A DNA stretch of 64,000 nt from Thermoanaerobaculia bacterium (GCA_036375135.1 DASUSL010000091.1:10947-74946), one strand, 5' to 3'; numbered from the stretch's first letter, positions 50,173 through 60,170 are shown. The notes: generated by a model not told the origin, from the letters alone. A program made the numbers and translations.

Positions 50173-51723
50173 TCACTCCCACTCGATCGTGCCGGGTGGT
50201 TTCGAGGAAATGTCGTAAACGACGCGATTGATGCCCCGCACCTCGTTCACGATGCGGCGCGCCATGCGGTCGAGCAGGTCGTGCGGCATGCGGTACCAGT
50301 CGGCGGTCATGAAGTCAGTCGTGGTCACGGCGCGGATCGCGCACACATTCTCGTACGTGCGCTCGTCGCCCATCACGCCGACGCTCTTCACCGGCAGCAG
50401 CACCGCAAACGCCTGCGCGATCTCGCGATAGAGGCCGGCGTTGCGGATCTCGTCGATGACGATCTCGTCGGCGTTCTGCAGCACTTCCACGCGCGCGGCG
50501 TTCACCTCGCCGAGGATGCGCACGGCCAGGCCGGGGCCGGGGAAGGGATGGCGCCAGACGAATTCCTCTTCCAGCCCGAGCTCGATGCCGAGGCGGCGCA
50601 CTTCGTCCTTGAACAGCTCGCGCACCGGCTCGATGAGCTTCAGCCCCATCTTCTCCGGCAGCCCGCCGACGTTGTGATGCGTCTTGATGACCGCGGACGG
50701 ACCTTTGATGGACACGGACTCGATCACGTCGGGGTAGAGCGTCCCCTGGACGAGGAACTCCACGTCCTGGATCCGCTTCGCTTCCTCTTCGAAGATGACG
50801 ATGAACTCGTTGCCGATGCGCTTGCGCTTGACCTCGGGATCCTCGATGCCGGCCAGTTTCGCGTAGAAGCGCTCGCGCGCGTCGACCTGCACGAAGTGCA
50901 GCCCGAGGCGGTCGCTGAGCCGGGAGCCGACCTGCACGGCCTCGTGCTTCCGCAGCACGCCGTTGTCGACGAAGATGGCCGTGAGCTGATCGCCGATGGC
51001 CTCGGCCACGAGCAGCGCGGCGACGGTGGAGTCGACGCCGCCGCTCACGGCGACGATGGTTTTGCGGTCGCCGACCTGCTGGCGGATCTCTTCGACCTTG
51101 CGGCGGCGGAAGTCGCCGAGGTCCCACGTCGGCTGGCAGCCGGCGATGTCGAAGAGGAAGTTCTTCAGGATCTGTCCGCCCGCCTCGGTGTGCGTGACCT
51201 CGGGATGGAACTGGATGCCGTAGCAGCGGCGCTCCGCGTTCTCGAACGCGGCCACGGGCGCGCTGGCGGTGGAGGCGATGGTGCGGAAGCCGGGAGGGCC
51301 GGCCAGGATGCGGTCGCCGTGGCTGGCCCACACCTGCTGTTGTTTCGGGGTGCCGGCGAAGAGCGGCGAGTCGGCGGTGACTTCGATCTCGGCGCGGCCG
51401 TACTCGCGCTCGGTCGCGGCTTCGACTCTCCCCTCGAGGAAGTAGGCCGTGAGCTGCATGCCGTAGCAGATGCCGAGGATCGGCACGCCGAGCTCGAAGA
51501 CTTCCCGCGAGCAGTACGGCGCGGCCTCGGCGTAAACCGACTGCGGACCGCCGGAGAGGACGATGGCCTTCGGGGCCAGCTCGCGGATCTTCTCGATCGG
51601 CCAGTCGCACGGATGGACGACGGAGTAGACGGCGTTCTCGCGAATCCGCCGCGCGATCAGTTGCGTGTATTGGGAACCGAAGTCGAGAACGAGGACAGTC
51701 TGCTCAGGCTGCACGGCGCGCAT
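50173..51723 (-). CDS. guaA: GMP synthase (glutamine-hydrolysing)
   Basis: N-terminal GATase ([18 protein letters not shown]), PP-loop [13 protein letters not shown]-terminal dimerisation domain ending PPGTIEWE. Confidence 0.97.
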   Translation of the reverse strand: MRAVQPEQTVLVLDFGSQYTQLIARRIRENAVYSVVHPCDWPIEKIRELAPKAIVLSGGPQSVYAEAAPYCSREVFELGVPILGICYGMQLTAYFLEGRVEAATEREYGRAEIEVTADSPLFAGTPKQQQVWASHGDRILAGPPGFRTIASTASAPVAAFENAERRCYGIQFHPEVTHTEAGGQILKNFLFDIAGCQPTWDLGDFRRRKVEEIRQQVGDRKTIVAVSGGVDSTVAALLVAEAIGDQLTAIFVDNGVLRKHEAVQVGSRLSDRLGLHFVQVDARERFYAKLAGIEDPEVKRKRIGNEFIVIFEEEAKRIQDVEFLVQGTLYPDVIESVSIKGPSAVIKTHHNVGGLPEKMGLKLIEPVRELFKDEVRRLGIELGLEEEFVWRHPFPGPGLAVRILGEVNAARVEVLQNADEIVIDEIRNAGLYREIAQAFAVLLPVKSVGVMGDERTYENVCAIRAVTTTDFMTADWYRMPHDLLDRMARRIVNEVRGINRVVYDISSKPPGTIEWE

Positions 51724-51789
51724 TGTATGTCCCTCGACGCGTCAGGGGACGACGAGAGGCCTCCGGTCGTTCCCTGGTGCATCGAGGAG

Positions 51790-51823
51790 AAAAGGCTCGG
51801 CCGCCGTCGCGCAGCCTGTTGCG
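51790..51823 (-). terminator. probable Rho-independent terminator of the HU gene
   Basis: Perfect 12-bp stem GGCCGCCGTCGC ... GCGACGGCGGCC, followed on the minus strand by AGCCTTTTCTCC. Confidence 0.5.
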
Positions 51824-51958
51824 ACGGCGGCCTGGTGGGCCTGGGTGGTGGGATGGTGCATCACGGGGGTTGTGTGATGCGGAGTGCTTCGTTCGTCATC
51901 TCTTATGACGAATTCCCCGCGATGATGTTGCGCGCTCCGGCCGCGCGTTTCCGGTTGT

Positions 51959-52228
51959 TTACAACAGGTTCCGGAGCTCCTTGCCCGGCTTGAAGCGAAT
52001 CGTGTTGCCGGGCGGGATCTTCACCTCGACGCCGGTCTTCGGGTTGCGGCCGATTCCCTTCTTGCGCTGCTTGACCTGGAAGACGCCGAAACCGCGGAGC
52101 TCGATCCGCTGTCCGCGCGCGAGCGCGTTGCGGAGGCCCTCGATCACGGTATCGACCGCCTGCGCCGCCTTGACGCGGGAAATTTCCGAAGTCTCCGCGA
52201 CTTTGTTGACGATGTCCGCCTTGATCAT
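51959..52228 (-). CDS. HU/IHF-family DNA-binding protein
   Basis: MIKADIVNKVAETSEISRVKAAQAVDTVIEGL...RNPKTGVEVKIPPGNTIRFKPGKEL; 90 aa; GGAGGA RBS. The longer annotated ORF is an upstream artefact. Confidence 0.92.
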   Translation of the reverse strand: MIKADIVNKVAETSEISRVKAAQAVDTVIEGLRNALARGQRIELRGFGVFQVKQRKKGIGRNPKTGVEVKIPPGNTIRFKPGKELRNLL

Positions 52229-52253
52229 CTTTCCTCCGAAGGCGCTGATTATA

Positions 52254-52628
52254 CAAAGTTTAATGGAACGGCATCGCATCGACACGTGGCTCAGGCAGGT
52301 CTGCCTCTTCAAACACCGGGCAGAGGCGACCGAAGCCTGCAAAGGCGGCAAGGTCAAGATCAACGGACTCCGCGTCAAGCCGGCCGCGCCCGTCAAGGAA
52401 GGCGACGTGGTCGAGTTCTACGACGGCGGCGACCGCTACCGCCGCGTCATCGTGCAGTTCGTCCCCGACTCCAACGTGTCGAAAGTGAACGCGCGCACCA
52501 TGTACGACGACGAGACGCCGGTGCAGGACAAGATCGACGTCATCACCTCGATCTACCGCGAGCGCGGAACCGGCCGGCCGACGAAGAAGGATCGCCGCGA
52601 CATCGAGAAAATGGAGGAGATGGAGTGA
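52254..52628 (+). CDS. RNA-binding S4 domain protein (Hsp15-like)
   Basis: RIDTWLRQVCLFKHRAEATEACKGGKVKINGLRVKPAAPVKEGDVVEF matches the S4 fold of ribosome-associated Hsp15/YbcJ. Confidence 0.7.
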   Translation, partial: QSLMERHRIDTWLRQVCLFKHRAEATEACKGGKVKINGLRVKPAAPVKEGDVVEFYDGGDRYRRVIVQFVPDSNVSKVNARTMYDDETPVQDKIDVITSIYRERGTGRPTKKDRRDIEKMEEME

Positions 52629-53335
52629 ATCTGGTCGAGCGGCACGATCGCGGGGTGATCCGCCACGCGAGTACGGTTTACGGTTCCTCGGTCGACGGCG
52701 TTCCCCTGACGGTCTTTCTGCCCGATTCCGGCAGCGCCGAGCTGGTCCTCCTCGCCGCCATCCACGGCGACGAGCCGGAGACGACGGTCGCGCTCTCCGA
52801 AGCACTGCGCTGCCTGCCGGAAGGGGAGCTGCGCGCGGCGGTGATCCTGTGCGGCAATCCCGACGGGCTGCTGCGCGGCACGCGCGGCAACGCGCGCGGG
52901 ATCGACCTGAACCGCAACTTTCCGACGTCGAACTGGACTCCGGGCGAGGTGTTCTACAAGAGCCGCGCGAACGACGCGCGCGACATCGCGCTCAGCCCCG
53001 GCCCCGAGCCTGCCTCGGAACCGGAAACGCGCGCGTTGCTGGCGCTGCTCGAGAAGCTCGACCCTCGCGCGGTGGTCAGCATGCATTCCGCGCTGGCCTG
53101 CGTCGACGACTCCGGCAAGTCGCACCTCGGGAAGCAGCTCGCCGACCGTTGCACGCTCCCGCTCCTGACCGAGATCGGCTATCCGACGCCCGGCTCGATG
53201 GGGACGTGGGCCAGCGAGCGCGGGCTGAACCTGGTCACGCTGGAGCTCGAGGACGCGTCGCTGTACGCGCTGAAGGATCATCACGTGCCGATCCTGCTCG
53301 ATCTGATGACCGGCAGGTTCGAGCTCGAGGCGTAG
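52625..53335 (+). CDS. M14-family zinc carboxypeptidase/amidase (MpaA-like murein peptide amidase)
   Basis: GTGA overlap start; AAIHGDEPET (HxxE zinc ligands), NPDG and IDLNRNF motifs; about 237 aa like MpaA. Confidence 0.7.
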   Translation: MNLVERHDRGVIRHASTVYGSSVDGVPLTVFLPDSGSAELVLLAAIHGDEPETTVALSEALRCLPEGELRAAVILCGNPDGLLRGTRGNARGIDLNRNFPTSNWTPGEVFYKSRANDARDIALSPGPEPASEPETRALLALLEKLDPRAVVSMHSALACVDDSGKSHLGKQLADRCTLPLLTEIGYPTPGSMGTWASERGLNLVTLELEDASLYALKDHHVPILLDLMTGRFELEA

Positions 53336-53337
53336 CG

Positions 53338-54246
53338 ATGCACATCCTCGTCACCGACTCCGGCGTCGGCGGCCTTTCCGTGGTCGCGTACGCCGAGCGC
53401 TTCGTGCGCACGCACGGCTTCACCGAGCCGGTGCGGCTCACGTTCGCGAACGCCGCTCCGGCGAACGACTACGGCTACAACTCCATGCGCACGCGCGAGG
53501 AGAAGCTGGAGACCTTCGACCGCTTCCTGCGCAACGTGACGGAGCGCTTCGCGCCCGACTCGATTTACGTCGCCTGCAACACGCTCTCGGTGCTGCTGCC
53601 CGACACGCCGTACTTTGCTGATGCGCCGGTGCCGGTGAAAGGGATCGTGGAGACGGGCGTCGAGCTCCTGCTGCGCGAGCTGGCGCCGCGGAGTGTGGCG
53701 ATGATCTTCGGCACCCAGACCACCATCGACGCGGGAACGTATCCGCGGCTCCTCATCGAGCGCGGCATCGAGCCGTCGCGCATCGTCAGCCAGGCCTGTC
53801 CCGGGCTGGCGGACACGATCTCCGAAGACCGCGAGGGGACGCGAACGCGCGAGGAGATCCGCGGCTGGGTGAGCGCCGCGATCGCGAAGATGGAGCACGC
53901 CGGCGCGCCCGTCGTCGCCGCGCTGGCCTGCACGCACTACGGCTATCGCAAGGACGACTTCGCCGCGGCGTTCGAGGAAGCGGGGATCGACGCGCGCGTG
54001 GTGAACCCGAACGAGCGCGCCGCCGACGACCTGATGGAGGACAGGCAATCCTGCCTGTCCGGTTTTTCGCGAGATCGGGACAGGCAGGGTTGCCTGTCCT
54101 CCACCACTGACGTCGAGGTGCGCTTCGTCACGCGCTACGCGATCCCGGATGCGACGGTCGAGGCGCTCACGTTCTTCCTGAACGAGATCTCACCCCGGAC
54201 CGTCGCCGCGATGCGGCACTTCGAGCATCTGCCGGATCTGTTCTGA
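53338..54246 (+). CDS. murI: glutamate racemase-like (Asp/Glu/hydantoin racemase family)
   Basis: VTDSGVGGLSV and LACTHYGY catalytic-Cys motifs. Carries an in-frame 24-aa insertion from two inverted F1 palindromes (EDRQSCLSGFSRDRDRQGCLSSTT). Confidence 0.7.
   Translation: MHILVTDSGVGGLSVVAYAERFVRTHGFTEPVRLTFANAAPANDYGYNSMRTREEKLETFDRFLRNVTERFAPDSIYVACNTLSVLLPDTPYFADAPVPVKGIVETGVELLLRELAPRSVAMIFGTQTTIDAGTYPRLLIERGIEPSRIVSQACPGLADTISEDREGTRTREEIRGWVSAAIAKMEHAGAPVVAALACTHYGYRKDDFAAAFEEAGIDARVVNPNERAADDLMEDRQSCLSGFSRDRDRQGCLSSTTDVEVRFVTRYAIPDATVEALTFFLNEISPRTVAAMRHFEHLPDLF
54036..54104. repeat. two inverted F1 palindromic elements separated by 17 nt inside murI
   Basis: GGAGGACAGGCAATCCTGCCTGTCC ggtttttcgcgagatcg GGACAGGCAGGGTTGCCTGTCCTCCAC. 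Confidence 0.85.
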
Positions 54247-54249
54247 ACG

Positions 54250-54333
54250 CAGGGCAGGCCACAAAAACGTAGGGCAGGCTTCAGCCTGCCCATGGACAGG
54301 CTGAAGCCTGTCCTACGTTACGCCTGTCCTGCC
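54250..54333. repeat. compound palindromic element combining F2 (GGCAGGCTTCAGCCTGCC) and F1-like (GACAGGCTGAAGCCTGTCC) cores; fills the convergent murI/rodA intergenic region
   Basis: GCAGGGCAGGCCacaaaaacgtaGGGCAGGCTTCAGCCTGCCCatgGACAGGCTGAAGCCTGTCCtacgttacGCCTGTCCTGCC; likely a bidirectional terminator or REP. Confidence 0.75.
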
Positions 54334-55431
54334 TTACGCGTTCACGAACCGCCGCATGTCCACGTTCAGGATCAGCCCGATGGCGATGAAGAACATCATC
54401 GTCGACGAGCCGCCGTACGAGATCAGCGGCAGCGGAATGCCCGTCGTCGGCAGGATCCCGATCTGCATCGACACGTTGATGAGCACGTGGAAGATGATGA
54501 ACGAGATCAGGCAGATGATCAGGAACGTGCCTCCCCGGTCACGTGCCTGCTTCGCGAAGTTCAGGGCTTGAATCACGAGGAACAGATAGAGCCCCAGCAC
54601 GATGATCACGCCGATGAAGCCCCACTCCTCGCCGAGGACCGCGAAGATGAAGTCGGTGTGCCGCGCGGGGAGGAACTCCAGCTTCGCCTGCGTACCGTGG
54701 CGGAAGCCCTTGCCGTTGATGCCTCCGGAGCCGATGGCGATCTTCGCCTGCGTGACCTGGTAGCCCGAGCCGAGGGGATCGCGCTCCGGGTTGAGGAAGA
54801 TCGCCACGCGCTCCTTCTGGTACGGCTTGAGGAACGCGAACCATCCCACGGGGAGCGCGATCGCCACCAGCAGGATCATGGCGATCCAGACGCGGGCGCG
54901 GATCCCTCCGAAGAACATCGCCACGGCGTAGAGCGGGAAGAACGACGCCGCGGTGCCGAAGTCGGGCTGGATGATGATCATCCCCACCGGCAGCGTGATG
55001 ATGCCCATGACCATCAGGAACGAGCGCAGGTCGAGATAGGCGCGGTCGTTCGAGTCGAAAAAGCGCGCCACCATCAGCGCGGTGAAGAGCTTCATGAACT
55101 CCGACGGCTGGAACTGGAAGCCGCCGATGTGGATCCACGAGCGCACGTTCGCCGTGAGCCGTCCGAACACCATCAGATACAACAGCAGCAGAATGCCGAT
55201 GCCGTAGAGGATCGGCGCGATGTCGAACAGGACGTGATAGTCGACGACCATGAACGCGATCATCAGCGCCACGCCGATGGCCACCCACAGCAGCTGCTTC
55301 TTCGCGGTCGAGAGCGAGGGATCGCTGTAGTAGGTCGCGCTGTAGACGAGCAGCACGCCGATGAGCGCCAGCACCACGGCGGTGCCGAGGAAGTTCCAGT
55401 CGACGGACGGGCCACGGTCGCGAAAAATCAT
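54334..55431 (-). CDS. rodA: SEDS-family peptidoglycan glycosyltransferase RodA
   Basis: Ten-TM SEDS protein (QPSEFMK, LPARHTDFIFA, PLPLISYGGSS), adjacent to mrdA. Confidence 0.9.
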   Translation of the reverse strand: MIFRDRGPSVDWNFLGTAVVLALIGVLLVYSATYYSDPSLSTAKKQLLWVAIGVALMIAFMVVDYHVLFDIAPILYGIGILLLLYLMVFGRLTANVRSWIHIGGFQFQPSEFMKLFTALMVARFFDSNDRAYLDLRSFLMVMGIITLPVGMIIIQPDFGTAASFFPLYAVAMFFGGIRARVWIAMILLVAIALPVGWFAFLKPYQKERVAIFLNPERDPLGSGYQVTQAKIAIGSGGINGKGFRHGTQAKLEFLPARHTDFIFAVLGEEWGFIGVIIVLGLYLFLVIQALNFAKQARDRGGTFLIICLISFIIFHVLINVSMQIGILPTTGIPLPLISYGGSSTMMFFIAIGLILNVDMRRFVNA

Positions 55432-57371
55432 CGTGTAGTCGGGAGAGGCAGGTCGCCTTCCTTGATCTGCTCCAGCGTTTCGGGATTACGGAGATCGAGG
55501 CGCGCGCCCGCGACCTGGTCGCGGAACGCCGACTCGTACATCAGTTTTGCGAGAGGCGCCGCATCCGCGCCGCCGGCGCCGCCGTGCTCGACGAACACCA
55601 CCACCACCATCTGCGGGTTGTTGGCCGGCGCGAACGAGGCGAACCAGGCGTGGTCGCGGAACTTGAACGGCAGCGACGTCGCCTTGATCCAGCCGGAGTA
55701 GGCGATGACCTGCACGGATCCGGTCTTGCCGGCCACGTTCAGTCCTTCCACGCGCGCGTTGCTGCCCGTGCCGCCCTGGGCGTTCACCACGTCCCACAGA
55801 CCCTGGCGGACCGCGTTGAGCGCCGGGCCGGAGAGCTCGATCTTGTGCAGCACGCGGCTCGGGACGCGGAAACGCTTGTACGAGCCGTCGCGCTGCACGC
55901 GGTCGATGTAGCGCACCACGTGCGGCTGGAAGACGTTGCCGCCGTTGGCCACGGCCGCGGTCATGTTCGCCACCTGCAGCGGCGTGACGATCAGCGGACC
56001 CTGTCCGATGGCCACCGAGATCGTCTCGGCCGGGTACCACTTCTTGTCGCCCTTGACCGGATGCTCGGCGCGCCACTTGGTGGAGGGCACGAGGCCGGCG
56101 CGCTCGCCGTCGAGGTCGATGTGCGAGATCTCGCCGAAGGTGAGCTTGCGCGCGTACTCGTTGATCTTGTCGACGCCGAGGCGGCCGCCGACCGTGTAGA
56201 AATAGATGTCGCAGGAGACCTTCAGGGCGCGCTCGACTTCCACCGAGCCGTGCCCTTCCTTCTTCCAGCAGCGGAAGCGGCGGCCGAAGAAGTGACCGCT
56301 GCCGCCGCAGCCGAAGCTCGTGTCGGGGCCGACCACATTCTCGGAGAGCCCGGCCATGGCCATGACGATCTTGAAGACCGAGCCGGGCGAGTAGAGCCCC
56401 TGGATGGCGCGGTTCAGCTCGATCTTGAACGGGTTGCTGGTGATGGTCTTGTAGACCTCGGGGGTGAAGCGCTTCGAATAGACGTTCGGGTTGTAGGCCG
56501 GCGAGGAGACCATGGCCAGCACTTCGCCGTTGCGCGGGTCGAGGGCCACCGCGGCGCCGACCATCTCGTTCTCGACGAAGTACTGCTCCGCGCGGCGCTG
56601 CAGCTCGAAGTCGAGCGTGAGGTAGACGTTGTCGCCCGGCACCGGCTGCTTGCGCGCGGGGACGTACTCGCTGAGGCGGCGGCCGTCGGCGTCGTACTCC
56701 CAGTACTCGGCGCCGCCGCGGCCGCGCAGGTACTGGTCGTACATCAGCTCGACGCCGCGCTTGCCGATCAGCTCACCCTGCTCGAGCTCCGGGTTGGCGC
56801 GCAGCTCCTTGTCGTTGACCTCGCCGATGAAGCCGAGGACGTGCGCGGCCATGGTGCCGTACGGATAGTTGCGGCGCTGTTCCGGCACGACGTTGACCTC
56901 GGGGAAGGCGATCGACTGCGCCTGGATCGACGCGACCTGCGACATGCTCAGGTCTTCGGCGATGACGAACGGCTGGGTGAAGTTGACCTTGGCCGCTTCC
57001 TTGTCCCATCGGGCGTGCAGCTCGGGGAGCGGCATGCGCAGGATCTGCGAGAGGAAGGCTTCCAGCTTCTCGCGGCGCTGCTTGTCGGCCTTCAGCAGCG
57101 GCTTCATGACCACGCGGTCCACCTGCAGCGTGTACGACGGCTGGTTGTCCGCGAGGATCTTTCCCTTGCGGTCCATGATCAGGCCGCGTTTCGGCGGGAT
57201 CTCGATCTCGCGCAGCGCGTTGGCCTCGGAGAGGCCGCGGTACTTCTCGGCCTGCACGCCCTGCACGAACCAGAACGAGCCGGCCAGGAAGACGAACGCC
57301 GCCACGATGCCCCAGAGCACCGCGTTGATGCGGAAGGTGAGGAACTTTTGATCGTCTCGATAGACGCGCAT
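55428..57371 (-). CDS. mrdA: penicillin-binding protein 2 (elongasome transpeptidase)
   Basis: N-terminal TM helix, pedestal domain and transpeptidase motifs SVFK, SCD and KTGS; mrdA-rodA pair. Confidence 0.92.
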   Translation of the reverse strand: MRVYRDDQKFLTFRINAVLWGIVAAFVFLAGSFWFVQGVQAEKYRGLSEANALREIEIPPKRGLIMDRKGKILADNQPSYTLQVDRVVMKPLLKADKQRREKLEAFLSQILRMPLPELHARWDKEAAKVNFTQPFVIAEDLSMSQVASIQAQSIAFPEVNVVPEQRRNYPYGTMAAHVLGFIGEVNDKELRANPELEQGELIGKRGVELMYDQYLRGRGGAEYWEYDADGRRLSEYVPARKQPVPGDNVYLTLDFELQRRAEQYFVENEMVGAAVALDPRNGEVLAMVSSPAYNPNVYSKRFTPEVYKTITSNPFKIELNRAIQGLYSPGSVFKIVMAMAGLSENVVGPDTSFGCGGSGHFFGRRFRCWKKEGHGSVEVERALKVSCDIYFYTVGGRLGVDKINEYARKLTFGEISHIDLDGERAGLVPSTKWRAEHPVKGDKKWYPAETISVAIGQGPLIVTPLQVANMTAAVANGGNVFQPHVVRYIDRVQRDGSYKRFRVPSRVLHKIELSGPALNAVRQGLWDVVNAQGGTGSNARVEGLNVAGKTGSVQVIAYSGWIKATSLPFKFRDHAWFASFAPANNPQMVVVVFVEHGGAGGADAAPLAKLMYESAFRDQVAGARLDLRNPETLEQIKEGDLPLPTTR

Positions 57372-57382
57372 ATAGGGGGTCC

Positions 57383-57444
57383 GGGTGCTGGGTGCTGAGT
57401 GCTGAGTGCTGAGAACTCAGCACCCAGCACTCAGCACTCAGCAC
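57383..57444. repeat. hairpin of tandem heptamers (GTGCTGA)n / (TCAGCAC)n between mreD and mrdA
   Basis: GGGTGCTGGGTGCTGAGTGCTGAGTGCTGAG aa CTCAGCACCCAGCACTCAGCACTCAGCAC, 12 nt upstream of the mrdA ATG. Confidence 0.85.
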
Positions 57445-57456
57445 TTCTCTTTCATG

Positions 57457-57960
57457 TCAGTACGCCTTGCTGCGCGTCGCCTCGATCGGCTCTTCGCGCA
57501 GGAAGAGCGTCAGCAACTGATACACCAGCATTCCGAACAGAAGTGTGAAGATCGTCTTCACGAGCAGCGCCTGCTCGAACATCTCGATCTTCTGCTTCAT
57601 GAGGATGTTCACCAGGACGTAGATCACCAGCTCGTTCACGATCACCGCGCCGCCGAGGCAGGCGCCGAAGGCGAGAGAGCCGCGCAGCGCCAGGCGCGCG
57701 TTGATCGAGGCCACCACGTAGCCGCACACCGTCAGGGAGAAGGCGTGCAGGCCGAAGGGGGCATTGGAGAACGCATCCTGGACGAAGCCGGCCAGGACGC
57801 CGGCCACGATCGCGCCGAGGATGTTGCCGCCCATCGAGTAGTAGACCACCAGGATGACGTACGGATTGAAGAACGCCAGGGCGTTCGGATAGAAGCTGTC
57901 GAGCAGCGAGTGCAGGGTCAGGGCGAGGAGCAGCCCGATGGCGAAGCGCAACCACCTCAA
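57457..57960 (-). CDS. mreD: rod shape-determining protein MreD
   Basis: 167 aa, five hydrophobic helices, directly downstream of mreC with a 4-nt overlap. Confidence 0.65.
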   Translation of the reverse strand: MRWLRFAIGLLLALTLHSLLDSFYPNALAFFNPYVILVVYYSMGGNILGAIVAGVLAGFVQDAFSNAPFGLHAFSLTVCGYVVASINARLALRGSLAFGACLGGAVIVNELVIYVLVNILMKQKIEMFEQALLVKTIFTLLFGMLVYQLLTLFLREEPIEATRSKAY

Positions 57961-58817
57961 GGCGCGTACCTCACGACCTGCGGCGGGATCTTCCGCGTAT
58001 GAATCACGATCACTTCCTCGATGGTGCCGAAATCGACGGCCGGCTTCACCGTCACGCTCTTGAACAATGACTGCCCCGGCTGGGAGCGGACCACGGTGCC
58101 GATGGGGATCCCTTTCGGGAAGATGCCGTCGATGCCCGCGGTGAGGACGCGGTCGCCCGGCTGCACGTCGGCCAGCGCCGGGATGTCGAACATCTCCACG
58201 TTGGCGGCGCCGCTGCCGCGGACGACGCCCTGCCGGCGCGTGCGCTCGACGAGCGAGCCGACCGAGCAGTTGTTGTCGGTCACGAGCTGCACCTTGGAGA
58301 GATCGTTCGTGGTCAGCACGACACGGCCGACCAGGCCGTTGGCGTTGGCGATGATGTCGTTCACTTCCACGCCGTCGGCCGAGCCGCGGTCGATGATGAT
58401 CGATTTGAAGCGTCCCGCCGTGTCCAGCATGATCGTCTGCGCCATCGACGTCTCGAAGTCGAACTGCTCGGCGTAGGCCAGGAGGCTGCGCAGGCGGCGC
58501 ATGTCGCTGCCGGACTGGCGCAGCTTGAGGTTCTCGGTCGTGAGCGAGGCGACCTTGCGGCGCAGGTCCACGTTCTCGTTCACCGCGCGGCGCATGTCGA
58601 GGTAGCCGGAATGCATGTCCTGCGCGGTGCCGCCGACCCAGTTCACGAACTTGGGCACGGGCGAGAAGATGGTCATCACCGTCCGCTCGAACATCGTGCG
58701 CGTCTCGCCGATGTACCGCGTGCGGCTGCTGAAGCTCATCAATACGAACAGCAGCGACAGCACGATGATGAACAGGAGCGTTGGGCGCCGCGGGATGACG
58801 TCAGTGGGAACAGCCAT
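57957..58817 (-). CDS. mreC: rod shape-determining protein MreC
   Basis: N-terminal TM helix, coiled coil (LRRKVASLTTENLKLRQ), and beta-barrel domains with DVQPGDRVLTAG...GIPIGTV. Confidence 0.9.
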   Translation of the reverse strand: MAVPTDVIPRRPTLLFIIVLSLLFVLMSFSSRTRYIGETRTMFERTVMTIFSPVPKFVNWVGGTAQDMHSGYLDMRRAVNENVDLRRKVASLTTENLKLRQSGSDMRRLRSLLAYAEQFDFETSMAQTIMLDTAGRFKSIIIDRGSADGVEVNDIIANANGLVGRVVLTTNDLSKVQLVTDNNCSVGSLVERTRRQGVVRGSGAANVEMFDIPALADVQPGDRVLTAGIDGIFPKGIPIGTVVRSQPGQSLFKSVTVKPAVDFGTIEEVIVIHTRKIPPQVVRYAP

Positions 58818-58902
58818 AGATTTCGCGAAGTCAGCTCAGCAGATTTCCTGCCACCGCGCCGGCCGGAGCTAACTTTCCTTTCCCCCTCGCGTAGTTCGAC
58901 AC

Positions 58903-60117
58903 GTGATGACCGGTCAGTCGCTCCTCGCCGCCGCCGTTTTGCCGCTCTGTTTCGTGCACGGACAATGGTTCGACGGCACGAAGTTCACCGGGAAGAGTTT
59001 CTGCGCGGAAGGTGGGGTGCTCGTCCAGCGCCAGCCGCGGGCAGGCGACCGGACCATCGATCTCGGCGGCAAATTCGTGGTGCCGCCGTTCGGCGAAGCG
59101 CACAACCATAACGTCGACAGCGGCGAGCGGCTGCAGAGCCGCATCTCCGCCTACCTCGGCGCGGGAGTCTACTACGTCAAGAATCCCAACAATCTGCCGC
59201 GCACGGTGCCGCGCGACCGCGTCAATCAGCCTCGCAGCATCGACGCGGTCTTCGCGCAGGCCAGCCTGACCGGACCGGGCGGACATCCGCTCGACGTGAT
59301 GAAACGCCTCATCGACCGCGGCGTCGCGAAGCCGGAGGACGCCGACGGAGGCTTCTACTTCGTCGTCCGCGACGCGCGCGAGCTCGCCGGGCGCTGGCCC
59401 GCCGTCCTGGCGAACCGCCCCGACTTCATCAAGACCTATCTCCTCTACTCCGAGGATTACGCACGGCGGAAGGACGATCCGGCGAAAGCGGGATGGAACG
59501 GACTCGATCCGGCGCTGCTGCCGGAGATCGTCGCCCGCGCCCGCGCCGCCGGCCTTTCCGTGACGACGCACGTGGAAACGGCCGCGGACTTTCGCGCCGC
59601 CGTCGCCGCGGGCGTCGACGAGATCAATCACCTGCCCGGCTTTCGTCCGGAGAAAGAGGACTTCTCGATCTTCACTTCCGGCCGCGCGCGGCTGACCGAT
59701 GCCGACGCGCGCGCCGCGGCGCGGAAGGGGATCGTGGTCGTGACCACGGTCGGGGAGTCGATCGTCATGGCTCGCGAGCAGAAGCAGGCGGCGTGGCTGG
59801 AGACGATCGAGCACAACCTCCGCACGCTGCACCGCAACGGCGTCCGTCTCGCCATCGGCAGCGACGACTACGGCCGCGGCGTCGTCCCCGAGGCGATGGC
59901 GCTGGCCTCCCTCGGCATCTTCTCGAACGCCGAGCTGCTGCGCATGTGGACCGAGCACACGGCCGCGGCCATCTTCCCGAAACGGAAGATCGGCCGGCTG
60001 CGCCCCGGCTACGAGGCCAGCTTCCTCGTGCTCGGCGCCAACCCGCTCCGTTCCTTCGCCGCCGTCCGCACGATCGAGCTGCGTGTGAAGGAGGGGGAGA
60101 TCCTCAGCGCGAAGTAG
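58903..60117 (+). CDS. amidohydrolase-family metal-dependent hydrolase, secreted
   Basis: Signal peptide, FGEAHNHNV (HxH metal motif), later HVE and GSDD-type motifs; 404 aa. Confidence 0.7.
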   Translation: MMTGQSLLAAAVLPLCFVHGQWFDGTKFTGKSFCAEGGVLVQRQPRAGDRTIDLGGKFVVPPFGEAHNHNVDSGERLQSRISAYLGAGVYYVKNPNNLPRTVPRDRVNQPRSIDAVFAQASLTGPGGHPLDVMKRLIDRGVAKPEDADGGFYFVVRDARELAGRWPAVLANRPDFIKTYLLYSEDYARRKDDPAKAGWNGLDPALLPEIVARARAAGLSVTTHVETAADFRAAVAAGVDEINHLPGFRPEKEDFSIFTSGRARLTDADARAAARKGIVVVTTVGESIVMAREQKQAAWLETIEHNLRTLHRNGVRLAIGSDDYGRGVVPEAMALASLGIFSNAELLRMWTEHTAAAIFPKRKIGRLRPGYEASFLVLGANPLRSFAAVRTIELRVKEGEILSAK

Positions 60118-60170
60118 AGGCAAGAGGAAAGAGGAAAGAGGGAAGAGGAAAGCGCCGCGCGCTGAGGATC
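60099..60170. repeat. hairpin GATCCTCAGCGCG / CGCGCTGAGGATC enclosing a purine-only (GAGGAAA)n tract, over the amidohydrolase stop
   Basis: Purine run GAGGCAAGAGGAAAGAGGAAAGAGGGAAGAGGAAAGCG at 60117-60154. Its complement-type pyrimidine run recurs at 60745-60785. Confidence 0.75.
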
